Origin: Octopus sinensis
Lineage: Eukaryota
NCBI RefSeq assembly: GCF_006345805.1
Contig: NC_042997.1
Coordinates: 124,062,001 to 124,126,000, forward strand
Direction of reading: 5' to 3'
DNA: 64,000 nt
Positions 12,384 through 25,464 of this stretch are shown in pieces. The translations under genes were made by a program, and so were the position numbers. Every line of letters begins with the position of its first letter. Positions within the stretch are counted from its first letter, which is position 1. The notes under the pieces are model-generated. The model made no database searches, was not told the DNA's origin, and saw nothing but the letters and a program-made list of their open reading frames with translations.

Positions 12384-12704
12384 CAACAAACAGCATAAAG
12401 AATACACTTTCTATGTATAAATTTTATCTTTCTATACAATACGCTGTTCTATATATCATCACGAAAATACGTGTTTCTGTAAATTTAATAGTCATAGAGT
12501 TGTACTTAAGACTACACCCCGTTGCTTCTTCAATGCACATTAGTCAGCCAGAGTCTTGAATTCTTTTCACGTTTCAAATCAATATTTCAAGAGATTTTAA
12601 CTCTTGTTAAAAATGAAATAAATTCTAAAACATATATAACAAGGTATTTTGGAGTTAGTAGTGAAATATTTGCATGATAATTATTTGAGTAGAACAGCTA
12701 ATGT

Positions 12705-14090
12705 AATTATTATCGCCTGACTTTTTGAATTTATAACAGCGTCGTTCTTTGTTTTGTTTCTTTAGATTTTTCCTCTGAGTTCAGAAAACAATTTGTTTCA
12801 CAACCAACTTTAGAATAAGCTTGTTTTCTCTCAGTGCATTTTAGTTTTAAAACAAAATGGCAAAAGTTAATTGACAAGTAGAAGAATTCAATGTTCTTTT
12901 TTTGTCTTGCTGATGACCAATTGATTGGAGATTGCCTGAATAGCTACAAATTTGAAGGATCTCTCTCGTTCTAATACATGAGGGATAAGTGAATTGAATT
13001 ATTGGAATGCCAAAATTCTAACGTCAGTTTAACAAGCTGTTTAGTGTGTTCTGAAAACCGGTTATAAATCCACAATTTCTCAAGAAGTTTACAAATACTT
13101 CCCTAAATTCTGCACGTAGCCATTAAGTTAAGACTTGCAACAAAAATACCACAAGCTCAAACACAATTACTACTCTACTGACCTACGCTAAGTACAGATG
13201 TGTGAGTGTGCTGCACGCGCGAGTGTGTGTGAATAGTAAAACGAAAATAATGAGGTATCTCCATGCAAAAAAAAAATGTCTGAATACTATAAGTAACAAT
13301 GCAATTATTTAAACCTCATTAATAACTCTGTAATTTAGGTAGAAGGGATCCAAGTACTACTTGGTACTCCATTTAATTGTTCGCGGATAGATAAATAGCA
13401 AATCTGACATCGGGTTTTCAACACAGGATATAAAAAACCGAAAGAAATACCCCGAAACATTCATCGCCAAAATAGATGCCAAAGAAAATTAAGAATGGTA
13501 AAAACAACTGGTAAAGACGCAATTATTTGAAATTTTGGAGGTGAGCTGCTATGTATGCAGATAATAGTGTCAGATATCTTAAACTAGCTTATTATTCCTT
13601 GCAATTCGTTACTTTTACTTTAAGAAAGACGTAATCTGCAGAGAGAACTACCTCAGAAATTGAATGTTTTGCGAAACCTCAACAAGGCAAATGTTGTATC
13701 TAAATGATAGAAGCCAGTATATCAATTTTCATAGTTTGCTTCAGTTACAGAGCAATGCTCAGAAATTTTTGAATACGTTACATATCACTGGTGAAAAATC
13801 TCTTATTTTGTTACCAAGAAAAGCACCGAGGAATGTAGAAAAGTAGTGCCTCAACAGACACAAACACAAAGCTGCGTTCGCAAAAACGTAAAACAACAGT
13901 AATCGATGCAGTTCAAACATTATCTTAACACTTATATTTTGTTTTAAAACTGAAATGTACTGAGAGAAAACAAACTTATTCTAATGTTGGTTGGGAAACA
14001 AATTGTTTCCTGAACTCAGAGGAAAAATCTAAAGAAAGCAAAACAAAGCACGATGCTGTTATAAATTCAAAAAGCCAGGCGATAATAATT
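12705..14090. mobile_element. Non-autonomous element with ~155-bp terminal inverted repeats
   Basis: 12705-12858 is the diverged reverse complement of 13936-14090 (AATTATTATCGCCTG...TTTTAAAACAAAAT). No internal transposase seen. Confidence 0.75.
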
Positions 14091-14429
14091 CACAGTCTCC
14101 CTTCGTCGGCAGAACTTCTCTAACACGGAGGACCATGTGACAAAATTTCTGTATACAAAATGTGACTATGTAGGCTCATCTAATATCCACCAGACTGGTT
14201 GCAAAGTGGGTATTTGTTGTCTTGCAGAAGTGCAGATGGTCGTTTCACGCTTATATGTTTATGTTTTTCATGAGATGTTTTCTCCGAGGAGTCTCAAATA
14301 TGTTGGCCCCATTTGTATCTTTGTCTATTATTCTACAACAAATCTCATTCACCTAGAGCTAATCACATTAGATATAGGAGCAGGTTTTCAACCTCTTCCT
14401 TTGCCTAATGCATGTACGTTTTTATTCTG

Positions 14430-14537
14430 CTTTTATTTACTCTTTTACTCTTTTGCCGACCGCTATGTTACGGGGAGGTGAACATACCAGCATGTGTTGT
14501 CAAGCGATGTTGGGTGGGAGACAAACACGGACACACA

Positions 14538-14571
<34 letters not shown>

Positions 14572-14741
14572 ACACACACATATATATACATATATACGCT
14601 GGGCTTCTTTCAGTTTCCGTCTACCAAATCCACTCCCAAGGCTTTGGTCGGCCCGACACTATAGTAGAGAACACTTTGCCCAAGGTGCCACGCAGTGGGA
14701 CTGAACTCGGAACTATGTGGTTGGTAAGCAAGTTACTTACC
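14430..14741 (-). mobile_element. Cephalopod SINE family B (CORE-like, internal (CA)n)
   Basis: TTGCCCAAGGTGCCACGCAGTGGGACTGAAC core, GGGCTTCTTTCAGTTTCCGTCTACCAAATCC segment and internal CA tract. Confidence 0.8.
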
Positions 14742-15078
14742 TTTTTCTTATGGCCCAGTGTTTACAAATGCATAGACAATAAAAGTTAATACACGTAATC
14801 ATAACATCAGATCTTGGCGTGTTCCAATATTCAAGTATTTCTCCAGCTCGTCTACCATTGGATATACATGTTATTTATCAGATGATGCTAGTATAGTCTT
14901 TCCAGCTAAAAGGTATGTTTCTTTCGATATGCCCAGTATTAAGAACAGGATGGTACGTAACAAAAACTACCCGATATACAATCGGTTTGGCTGTTTGTTT
15001 CAGATCTTGAACATACTTTCAACTCCATGAACTACAAAAGGTATTTTATACAACGTTGACACTTCTTACCTTCTCCAT

Positions 15079-15675
15079 CACTACCCAGGTGTTTTAACTG
15101 TTTTATACGTTATATACCATTAAACAATTCACTCCAATAGGCAAACTAGGTTCTCGCCTCTTTTGCGATTGTTGATGCAGAGACGCAATTATTCGTTCTT
15201 CATTTCACGTGTTTGCATCCGGTGTGCAGTCTTTGCTTGCAGGCAAGCTATCCGTAAATGGCATTGTTTTGGTTTTCGCAAACGTGAAAATCGTTCTCGT
15301 TTTATTAATGAGTTGCGTGATTTTCAGTGTTGTTCTCGTGCAGCCTCTTTTAATGTTTTCATCTAATAAGATCCAAATATCCTGGACAAGTTGAAAATAC
15401 GTATCCTTTAAGACGTTCAAGGATATTTCAGCGGTAATGGAGTTTAGGATTGAGGGAAGACAATTTATCAGCGCGTTATTGCTGAAATTGCTCTGATTTT
15501 GTTGAATCTGAGAAAGATCCAATATTGTTTATCTGCTAGTATCGGTAATGCAGATATATCACTACCCAGATGTTTTAACTGAATTATACGTTATCTACCA
15601 TTAGACAATTCACTCATATAAGCAAACCAGTTTCTCGCTTCTTTAGCGGTTGTTGATGCAGAGCCGCCATTATCC
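15079..15675. repeat. ~110-bp direct repeat pair (15079-15190 and 15560-15672)
   Basis: CACTACCCAG..TGTTTTAACTG..TATACGTTAT..ACAATTCACTC..TTGTTGATGCAGAG occurs twice ~480 bp apart; likely a duplicated domain segment. Confidence 0.85.
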
Positions 15676-17795
15676 TTGTGGCTGAGAGATGACGTACTTT
15701 TATAATATACTCCAGTGTTTGTTTTTAATGCGAATGTTGCGAGAAACATTCAGATATTGCTGCATCACATTTCTTTAAGGAATTATCTGCTGTATGCTCC
15801 ACACCATTATAGCTAGGGGCAGAATACTGTTTTTTGTTAGCTTTTCCCTTACACTTTTGCAATACCATTCCCAGAAGTTCGAACAATATTGATGGACCCA
15901 GGCAGCTAGATTACAGTTCTTCACTTAAGCATTGGTCAGCTTTTTTCCGAATCTAAGATTTGATGTTGCTTTTCCTCTAGTGTTTTTTATTTGCTGTCCT
16001 TGCCCAATATGACACAGAATTCTCTCATCAAGATGATTTTGCCTAGTATTATATGTTCGATACACGTTATTTAGTTTTTATCAATCTATGTTTGCATAAC
16101 ATTTACGTGCATATGAACTATTGTGCCTCTACTAGAGCTAGCACACGTTAAGCAGAGTGCTATCAATATTTAACTAGAATTAATGCATAATTCTGGAAAA
16201 TATTACAGAACTAAATTTCTTCAAATACTTTCTTTCTACAGAAAATAGGGCTACCTACATATTTCAACACACGTCCCTTGTCTTGTCTATGAAAAAATGA
16301 GTAATCTCTGGTTTTTAACCCGAACGCTGTTCGGCATATCAATAAATGGTCCAACTTTTGAAAGTTGTTATATATTGCAGCTTTAGTTTTGCCGCAAAAC
16401 ATACGGGGATATCTATACGGAAACCCAATATCATTCAAGAGGGTATCTTTCCCAATAAGATCCCGAATGCTACAGAAGGTGGTTGAATCAGAATTGAATA
16501 AAACGTATCCTCAAAGAGAGCTGCACGTGCGAATTCGATGCTGAAGAAAGTTCTTTCTCTTACGTCTCAATCAAAATATCTGATGTCCATCAGATCTCGT
16601 CTGCTCTTTAGCCCACTGAGACCACGAATTTTCGTATCGGTTGTCCTGTAGAAAAGGTTACCTGTGCGTCTTTTACTGTTTCAATCAACATTGTATCTTG
16701 CGCAGTGCTAATGATGCGATATGCATATCCACATATGTAGTATTCTGCATTCGTAGAGATAAATTTCTATCGCAAAGATACAATTATTTCTCCTGCTATA
16801 CAATTTAAATACACATGTGGCAACTGAATCATTTATAGACAAATAAAAAAACTGTCAATGTTTTCTTATAGCATCTGTGAAATAGAAGAGGAATTGATGA
16901 AAATGGAATATCATACCAATCTCTTTCGTGTAATGTCTTTAATCTTCCGAAACTCAAATGATTCGGGGATGAATTAACCTAGGACTGTCACTCTTGATTA
17001 CACAAAATCAGTATCTGCCTGAACTCATCAAAATGTTTTAGCTTACAATAGACTGTTTTATCATCGGAGATGAGCTCTAACTGCTAGAAATATCAGCCAT
17101 ATAAAGCACTACTTTGAATAAGGTGCAAAAACTTATGTAGAAATGATGGGAGAATGGTCGTGGCTGGAGTATCTTTACAATAAGCTTTCTTAAATGGAAC
17201 TATCACAGGGCTAAATAACAACAATGATAACATAAACTCGATTTCTGTGTTTGGAATACTAGTAAATAAGACGATGTATTAGTGGCATCATTTGAACGTC
17301 GGATAAAACGAATTTTTCTATTTGTACCTGCTCTCTGCTCCTCACTGGTGTGTAACTATTCCCTTTCATCATCGTCTCGGAATAGATAAACTACTTGTCT
17401 AGGATAATTGATTAACATCATCGAGTATTGGGCGGAGTGCCATGATGCGTTCGTTCCATGTATTTAGATTCTGGATTTTAATTTAAATTCTGCCTCTTAT
17501 TAGCGGTTTTAGAATCTTTTCATTACGAGCATATATAGCAGATAAAGGGAATTAATGCAATGCTTGTGAATTGCAAAGTATTGACTTATCATTATTACGA
17601 TATCTGACTTGCTGAACATTAGGAACTATGGTACAAGAGGCTATCATGATTCTGTGGTTGGCAATTCTTCTTGTGCAGAACGTCCAACGTCATACATAAA
17701 ATGTCACTTCCAGAAGACTTACATGTATATGGTTCATAATACAAACGAAAAAGATACCCTCACTACATCCTTATTAACTATCGAACCACTCTGTC

Positions 17796-17960
17796 GAGGA
17801 ATTACAACCGTTTTTCGTGGTCTGCAACCGCAACAGCTCCTTTATAGGATCCAGTTAGCTCAAGACATCATCAGGAGGAACCACGACCGGTTTCGGCCCC
17901 TACTCCTCTACCATTTTGACGTGGCGGGCCCCCCCTTTCGGAGTTGTCTTCAGCTCTGGT
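17796..17960 (-). ncRNA. Two tandem decayed hammerhead-like modules
   Basis: Minus: ggccc..gggcc-GAAA-CCGG-TC, then CTGATGA-tgtct..agaccac-GAAA-aacggttg-TA. The modules share a GAGGAA..ACC(G/G)TTT motif ~80 bp apart. Confidence 0.4.
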
Positions 17961-18896
17961 GTTGGGTGCATTTCTTCTTTGTTCTGTTCCCTGGCCTCTT
18001 CGATATAGCGTCAGCGAGTGTCAGCCGGTGACTGACTGACTTGTCAAATTTTCCCTTTAAATACCTACCGCTAGACTCCAGCAAGCATCCCCAATAATAT
18101 TGAACTTAAATAAATATAATGATAAATACATATGTTGTAATCATAAAACGACTACATTTCTGAATTGCGTTTGGATACTTACGAGAGTATCCACCTATTT
18201 GATACACGTTATAGCTGCAGCAGTAGATTTACAACCATTTGAGATGAACATGAAACGTACCAAACTCTAGTCACACAGTATCTGAAAAAGTTTTACTACT
18301 TTTTCATCCAGGCAAAACTAAATAAATATAATTTTAAAAACAACACGGAATTGCACTGAAGTTGTATCAGAATTTCTAGATTAGTTACACAGCTAATTGC
18401 CATAAATTCTGAATAAATATGCTTTATGTTCTAAGTTCTAAACATTTGGCTATACAAAGAATCTTATTAGCGGTCATTCATTGCCCGATTTTAAGCTGTT
18501 GCCTGGCAGTTTGGTGCATTGGGTGATGTTCACACTACTGTAAGTATTGGGGCAGTTGGAAGGCCATGGGATCGAAGTTAGCTCCGTATTTTGATGAGCT
18601 GTATTTTACAAACACTAAGTACAACATATGCTTTCTTCTTCATTGAATTCATTTTGAGTAGCTTGGCAATAGTTAGGTGTTCTTCCTCTTTCTCCCGAAA
18701 ACTTAATTCAATGAAAACATCCCCAATATACCATTTTGTCTAACTCATCAATTATTAAAAAAACAATAGTGAGAGAAGAAAAATACAGAGTTATACAAGT
18801 AGCAGAAAGGAGAGAGAAGTGCAAGAGGGAGGGAAGGAGAATGAAAAACAAAATGAAAAGTAAAGGAGGGATAAATGTATTTAGATATATTCGAAA

Positions 18897-19110
18897 TGAA
18901 GTGGTCCAGTCGACAGAATCGTTGGCTCGTTGGACAAAATGCTTAGCGGCATTTCATTTGTTGTGAGTTCAAATTCTGCTAGATTTGTTTTACCTTTCAT
19001 TCTTCCCGGGCCGATAAAATAAATACCAGTTGAGCACTGGAGGCCAATGTAAACGTCTTGCTCCCTCCCTAGATTGAAATTGCTTGACTTGAAACAACAT
19101 TTGAAACCAT
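18897..19110 (+). mobile_element. Diverged SINE family A
   Basis: CAGAATCGTTGG..AAATGCTTAGCGGCATTTC..GAGTTCAAATTC..GATAAAATAAATACCAGTTGAGCACTGG. Confidence 0.7.
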
Positions 19111-19569
19111 TTTATCTCGAAATGGATAAGTAATTACAAACATGCCCTATAAAAAGAGAAAGAACATGAAATTTTATATAATATAATTTAAGAAATTATT
19201 GTGTGTGTTCCAGGGCAAGATTTCAGAAATCAATGAAGGTACCGATCGAAGGAAATTGAATTCCCAAACTTTTTCGCAACAACAAGAGTAAAATCTCAAA
19301 ACCTTCCACGTAAATATGAAATAGGCCTGGCAGCAATCCAAAAAGATAGCTTTAATTTTGAACTGGACATGTTATAAATAGCAGGGAAATCTCAAACATC
19401 TTTAAACAGGACTGACAAAATGCAAACCTAGATAGTGTTTCAGGGAGATATGATAATGATAATGCTCATTCGGAGTTGAATTGGAGCTAAATATCAATAT
19501 GGCAAACAGCATTCCATGGTCATTGAGTATTCTAAATATACTGGAAATAGTATATCTATCTGTCTGGCT

Positions 19570-19598
19570 ATATATGTGTATGGATGTATATATATATA

Positions 19599-19646
<48 letters not shown>

Positions 19647-19683
19647 TATATATTTGTATATGTATATATATATATACACACAC

Positions 19684-19738
<55 letters not shown>

Positions 19739-19757
19739 CACATATACATATACATTA

Positions 19758-19819
<62 letters not shown>

Positions 19820-19820
19820 C
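19570..19820. repeat. (TA)n/(CA)n microsatellite
   Basis: Directly visible. Confidence 0.95.
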
Positions 19821-19832
19821 TAAATGTACGAC

Positions 19833-20037
19833 AGAAGATGGAATATAAGAGAATTTATTATTAATCACAAATGTTTCCACCAAATTTACGTCGATTCCTC
19901 TTGGGCCGGACACTCAACAACTGGTTCAGGATCATCCGGTGTTGTAGATGTATCTTGCCGGGTGATAAATAACCGATGCTTGATGTGCCGAAATAATTGT
20001 AGTGATTAATAATAAATTCTCGTATATTCCATTTTCT
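19833..20037. mobile_element. Mini inverted-pLTR element (~45-bp arms) with hammerhead 3' half
   Basis: AGAAGATGGAATATAAGAGAATTTATTATTAATCAC pairs with GTGATTAATAATAAATTCTCGTATATTCCATTTTCT. Right arm has GAAA-TAATTG-TA followed by AATAAA. Confidence 0.55.
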
Positions 20038-20150
20038 ATCTTTCCTTTGTTATATATCTAACGATCACTCTGAAAGTGACCAAGTAAATGTGCTTTACCT
20101 CTAAGGTACCAGGTGTAAACCATTCGTTTTATTATCCATTACACACACAA

Positions 20151-20223
<73 letters not shown>

Positions 20224-20226
<3 letters not shown>

Positions 20227-20640
20227 GAGCAAAACGCCCCCTGTCCAATGGACGGTGCTGAGTTGTCTAACATTTAAACCACATTTCTTAAAACAACTCG
20301 TCCGACCGTTCCATAGCCCTCCTCTTTGAGAAAAACTGATTTTACCTAAATTTGAGACACCAAACAGGCCGGCTTTTTTTGCGCAAGTTGCACGTGCACT
20401 TTTCTCGCTTACGTGTAGTATCGATCGCAAAAGCTGATGTACTTGCGCGTGTAAATGCAGGTTCACACGGCTTTATCGATCGAATTCTCACCTGGAATCG
20501 ATTTTTGAATTTCTTTCAAGACCTATACACGCCCTGATACCGTCGGTATCTACATATCGAATTTTAGCGCAATCGGATGGAGGATGCCCAATGTCCTAGA
20601 AGACAAACACGCAGACAAACAGAACGGATTTTTATATTAT
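20224..20640 (-). mobile_element. Non-autonomous Helitron/Helentron-like element
   Basis: Left end TACGAG (CTAG-like) with GTCC-AAT-GGAC hairpin. Right end AATTTTAGCGCAATCGGAT..AGACAAAC repeats..TTTTATAT, an architecture typical of DINE-1/Lep1-like elements. Inserted in (TA)n. Confidence 0.5.
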
Positions 20641-20642
20641 AT

Positions 20643-20706
<64 letters not shown>

Positions 20707-20709
<3 letters not shown>

Positions 20710-21062
20710 GGCGCAGACGTGACTATGCGGTAAGACGTTTGATTCTTAGCGATATGATACCTAGTGTAGACCCACTGCGTGGAAGCTTGATAAAGTGACT
20801 TCTACTATTTGTATCGATCCGAGGGAGTTGTCTTGGTGGATACAACTCGATAAAGGTCCATCGTGTGTTTGTGTCTCTCTCTGTCTATCCGTTTTCTTTC
20901 ATCACCGCTAGACAGCCGGTGTTGGTGTGTTTACACACCCCTTATTTATTGAACCGGCAAAAAGAGGCCCAGAAAATAAGTATCAGACTTATAATAGCAT
21001 GCAATTCTCGAAGATAATGCTCCAGAATGGCCGCAGTCAAGTGACTGAAACTTGTAAGGAAA
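20707..21062 (+). mobile_element. Diverged SINE family B
   Basis: GGCGCAG head, CCCACTGCGTGG core, tail GCTCCAGAATGGCCGCAGTCAAGTGACTGAAAC. Confidence 0.7.
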
Positions 21063-23949
21063 ATAAAGATTAAATTAGATCATTTAGTTCTTCATATCAT
21101 GATGAAGATTTATGCACTGAATCTCATATTAGAAAAATCTTATGACGTTTATATAGAAAACATTGAAAGAAAATTACATGAGCCGTTCATAATTTTTTAT
21201 ATAATGAGAAACATGTTAGGACAATGGTTCAGTTCTTAGAAGACATTTTCTATTAATTCTCTTCACTTTCCGCCATCACATCAGACACCACATATGCTCT
21301 TAGCACGAATAAAAAGAAGAGGAAAATGTCTTACATCCATTTCCAATAACTTTCATCAGCAAGAAATGTTATCTTAATGAAGTAATGATAGCGAGTTGCG
21401 TTTGAAATGCAATAATATTAAAAATTGTCGCGTCACATTTAATTAGGCATTCAACGGGGAAATTAATGTACACCGTAAATGACTAAAGAAAAACCACAGA
21501 GAGTGCACAAAAATAAAAAAGAAATTAAGTTATCTAATGAATAAATTAGTAGTATCAAGTTGTCTTACTTGATTTAAATGAAATTACTTCGTTTGGAAAG
21601 TTATAACACTTATTTCAAGTACATTGTTAATAAAACTAACCACGACTCTTGAAAACTCATTTCAATTTCGTTAGAAAAATATAGAAAATAAAATATCTGA
21701 TACACTATGTGATAGAGAAATATGAAAGAATTAAATTGTAGAAAATTAAAGAAAACAAAATGGAGAAATATATTTAGCTCAAATTCGAATATGAATTCCT
21801 AAAAGAGATTCTTTAATCAAGACGTTAATGGGGGCATAGATATTATTGTCTTTAAATGTTAACATTTAATTAAATATAATAAAAATATATATGTCATGAA
21901 AATATGTAATGAAAGAAAGAAATATATATATAGAGATTGAACGGACATTATTTATATATATGCGTGTCTGTGTGTGTGTTTGTGCCTCCGTATGTGTGCA
22001 TGTGTGTGTATGTATATATGTATGTGTGTATGTATACATGTTTATATGCATATTTATATTAGAACTAATATCTGCAGAAAGGATTGTTATGGCAGTCACA
22101 CCAAAAGCATACTAAACCAGAATGGAGTGACGCCTTCATAACTAAAGATTAGTGATGGAACATTCGAATACAAATACCAATCCGGTACAAACGCACCAGA
22201 GTAGACATTTTTCTATGAAATAAGTATTAAAAGCCATACACTGTCAAAGATGTCAACCACCCTGGCGATTTTGCCTAACGTTCAGAAGAAGATAGGCATT
22301 GTCTGTTGTCATTTCTAAGCATGTTACAGTAGTAAGTTACATAAATTCATTATATCGATACAGATAAAATATAAAGAACAATAACACATTAGAAAGGAGG
22401 TACCATTGAATCATTTTAAATATTTCGAACTTTGACCGTATGGAGATTATTTCGCAGCGCTGAAAGTATTCGAGGAATATAGTAAAATATATATTTATTA
22501 GAAAACTGGTTAATGAATTCCGATACTATTTGGAGTTTTCTTTTTAATTTCGACTGAATCCACGACACGTAATCTAATTCTGTGACGTAGGGAGTAATTT
22601 GTGGTTTTAGAGCGATGGCTCTATTTTATAGCAAGTGCTATTTTAACACCACATTAAATTTTGAATTATATATATATATGTGGTATGTATATGTATGCGG
22701 GTATGTATATATAGATATATATTAATATATGTATATGTATATAACTATATATACATGTACATACGTAGACACATACATGCATATATATATATATACATAC
22801 ATTATGTATAGATATACATATTTATGTGCTTTTACGTATGTATATGTGTATATATAATTGTATGTATATGATTGCGTGTATGTATGAATATGTATGCACA
22901 TGTTTCTATCTCTTACTCCTTCGAGAATTCGGGATATAGGTGTAACACTACTTAAGTCTTCGCTCCGGGCTTCACTGAAGGCAAAAAGAGGCAGTTCGAT
23001 ATTACTTGCTCCCGGGGTGTTTTTATATTCAAGTTTGAATGTTTTCAAATTTATGTTATATTTATTTCTTTGTTATTTCAGCTAATAAAAATTTTGTCTA
23101 TAGTTATTACGGCTACCTCTCTTAATTATGGTAAGCTTTTACCTGATCCGTCATGGTATTTAATAATGCGCAGTGACACAAAACATTATAGGTTTAAAAT
23201 AACTCATAATGACAAGGATTGATGCTAGAGCACCAAGAAAATTTCAGATGTCAATTCTGAATCAGAATACAGAGGATCAGAAATTAGAAATTAGAAATAT
23301 TTAATATCTCAAAGTATTTTCAGATGTTACTTAGAGTAAAATTGTTTAAATGGTTATCGTGATAAGTAGTATTCTACATAGATTCTTACATCATGCACAT
23401 AGCGGCACAAGGATAATCCACCATATTACAAATATCTGCCTATATATCTAAATGTATTTTCTTCGGTTTGGTCCGTTCAGTTCAGGATAAACTCATGTAT
23501 CTCTAAATTATACTACATTTTGAATTGTTTTTCGTATGCATGCGTAAATATTAACCAGACTGCAGACAAAAATCGAATATATAGCTCTCATCCCAAAACG
23601 AAAATGGAATAAAATGTTATCGGGAAGCACATCTTGTTGGCTTCAAACGAAAATAAAAAAATAATAATACCGAAATTTGTATTGATTTTTCTATTATTTC
23701 CACACAGTATGTTTCAGAATATGTCATTTTGTGGTTATCGCTGTAAAACAAAAGATAAGTCGCCTGGCGAGCATCGACTAGAGTTCTCACTTTGATTTCT
23801 GATTCAACTCACTTTATCTAGTGAATCGGACTTTTTCTTCAAACGTGTATTTACTATATATTTGTAGACGTATCAAATATATACACGCATACACACACAT
23901 ACACGTACACAGTATATATATATATATATATGATGTATTTGATCTAATA

Positions 23950-24004
<55 letters not shown>

Positions 24005-24007
24005 AGA

Positions 24008-24336
24008 GCTACGGTGTATGGTGTATGGGAAATCCGGGTTGCATATGTTTCATAGCGAACGGGATCTCAGAAGTGGTAAAATCCAATTGATGTGTATACC
24101 ACTAGCTACTCTTCAGGCCAATGATATTTTGATTAGATTAAAGACTAAACTTTCACAAGGATGTACATGTTGACGCAAAGATTTAATCAGGATCATTCTA
24201 GACTCTTATCTAATGAAGATATCCTTGGCCTAAAGAGTAACCGGCAGTATACACCTCACTTGGATTTTACCACTCCTGAAGCTCCACTCGGTATGAAATA
24301 TATATAACCCGGATTTCCAATATTCCATTCCGTAAC
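24008..24336. mobile_element. Mini inverted-pLTR element (~130-bp arms), each arm with a hammerhead
   Basis: 24008-24138 is the diverged reverse complement of 24208-24336. Left arm on minus reads CTGAAGA-GTAGC..GCTAT-GAAA-CATATG-CA. Confidence 0.7.
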
Positions 24337-25079
24337 GCTTGTATTCCTTTTCGCAAACTAGTCAACTTTTTTCAGCTCCTCCTTCTTCGATAAAAGAAAA
24401 GACATCAGCAACCTTCCGTCTCAATACACCACTATTGTTCCTGAAAGTTGTTGCTTTATATTCAATACGGATTTCTCGAAGCTAACTTTTTTGCTACCCC
24501 TCAATACCTGGGGCTTACATACATATATGTATATATACGTTAGGTATGGAAGATGAATTCAGCAAAAATTTAGATTCAGACGAATATGGTACTTAAGTTG
24601 AGGCACCAGAATTTAGCACAGTATTATCCATAAAATTTCAAAGTAAGTTGATTAAAATCCAAATAAGCAAAATCAAAATAAGCGACCTTGCTGCTTGTTT
24701 AGATTATATATATATATATATACATACAGACATACATTTAGGTTCACGACGCAATGCAAGTAAAAGATCCAGCATAGTGATTGTTCTGGGTATTGCGTTT
24801 GGATACAATAAAAGCAGATATGGATTGCAAAGCTTCACACCATCTGTCTCAACAGCATGTTTTATCGATTTTTATCGATTATATATACACCATGAAAGGG
24901 TCTGCTTTCATTAGGTGAGTTTCATCTGAGGTATGAGAAGAGAAAGATTTAGATAAACCCGCTTTTTAAGGTAACGATCAAGCTGTCTTACTTGATTAAG
25001 AACAAAACCCTTTGTTTCGAAAGTGGATTCATTTCTTCATGATGTATTCGATCCAATCAATCTATTCAATGAAAATATG

Positions 25080-25169
25080 CCACTGAAACAGTTGTTCAGA
25101 AACTATATAATCCATCAGTGTGCTTATTAGACACGCAAGCGCGCGCACACACACACACACATACACACA

Positions 25170-25217
<48 letters not shown>

Positions 25218-25400
25218 TGCACACACACACATAAACGTCGGGCTTCTTTCAAATTCCGTCAAGCAAAGCTGCTCACGAAACTTTGGTCGGCCCTAGTCTA
25301 TAGTAGAAAGCACTTGCCGAAGGAGCCACGCAGTTAGCCTGAACCCAGAACCGTGTGGTGAGGAAGTAAGTTTCTTAATACAGACCCACACATGCGCCTA
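25080..25400 (-). mobile_element. SINE family B with internal (CA)n
   Basis: GGGCTTCTTTCAAATTCCGTC..CTTTGGTCGGCCC..CACTTGCCGAAGGAGCCACGCAGT..TGCGCCTA. Confidence 0.75.
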
Positions 25401-25464
25401 TGATATATATGACGGTATAATTCAATGTAATATATATTATATACATATTTCTCCTTTTTTTGTA

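Larger units (their letters stand above)
9760..18740 (-). pseudogene. Decayed multi-exon cadherin-repeat gene (mollusc Fat4-like type)
   Basis: By-eye translation gives GEIIVSL..YYICGYA (16876-16663, with ttcacAG acceptor and GTAACC donor), PFIDMPNSVRV, INCLPS..TTLKIT, AGKTILASSDNKHVYPM..YLNIG and ADEGRL..TLAVLL. Donor GTAAGA at ~15069. Many stops. Confidence 0.45.

Noticed and set aside
24732-24914. Exon-like segment (AG..GTGAGT) reading IVIVLGIAFGYNKSRYG..TACFIDF, vaguely GPCR or opsin-like
   Set aside because: Single fragment ending in a stop at the donor, with no companion exons recognised.
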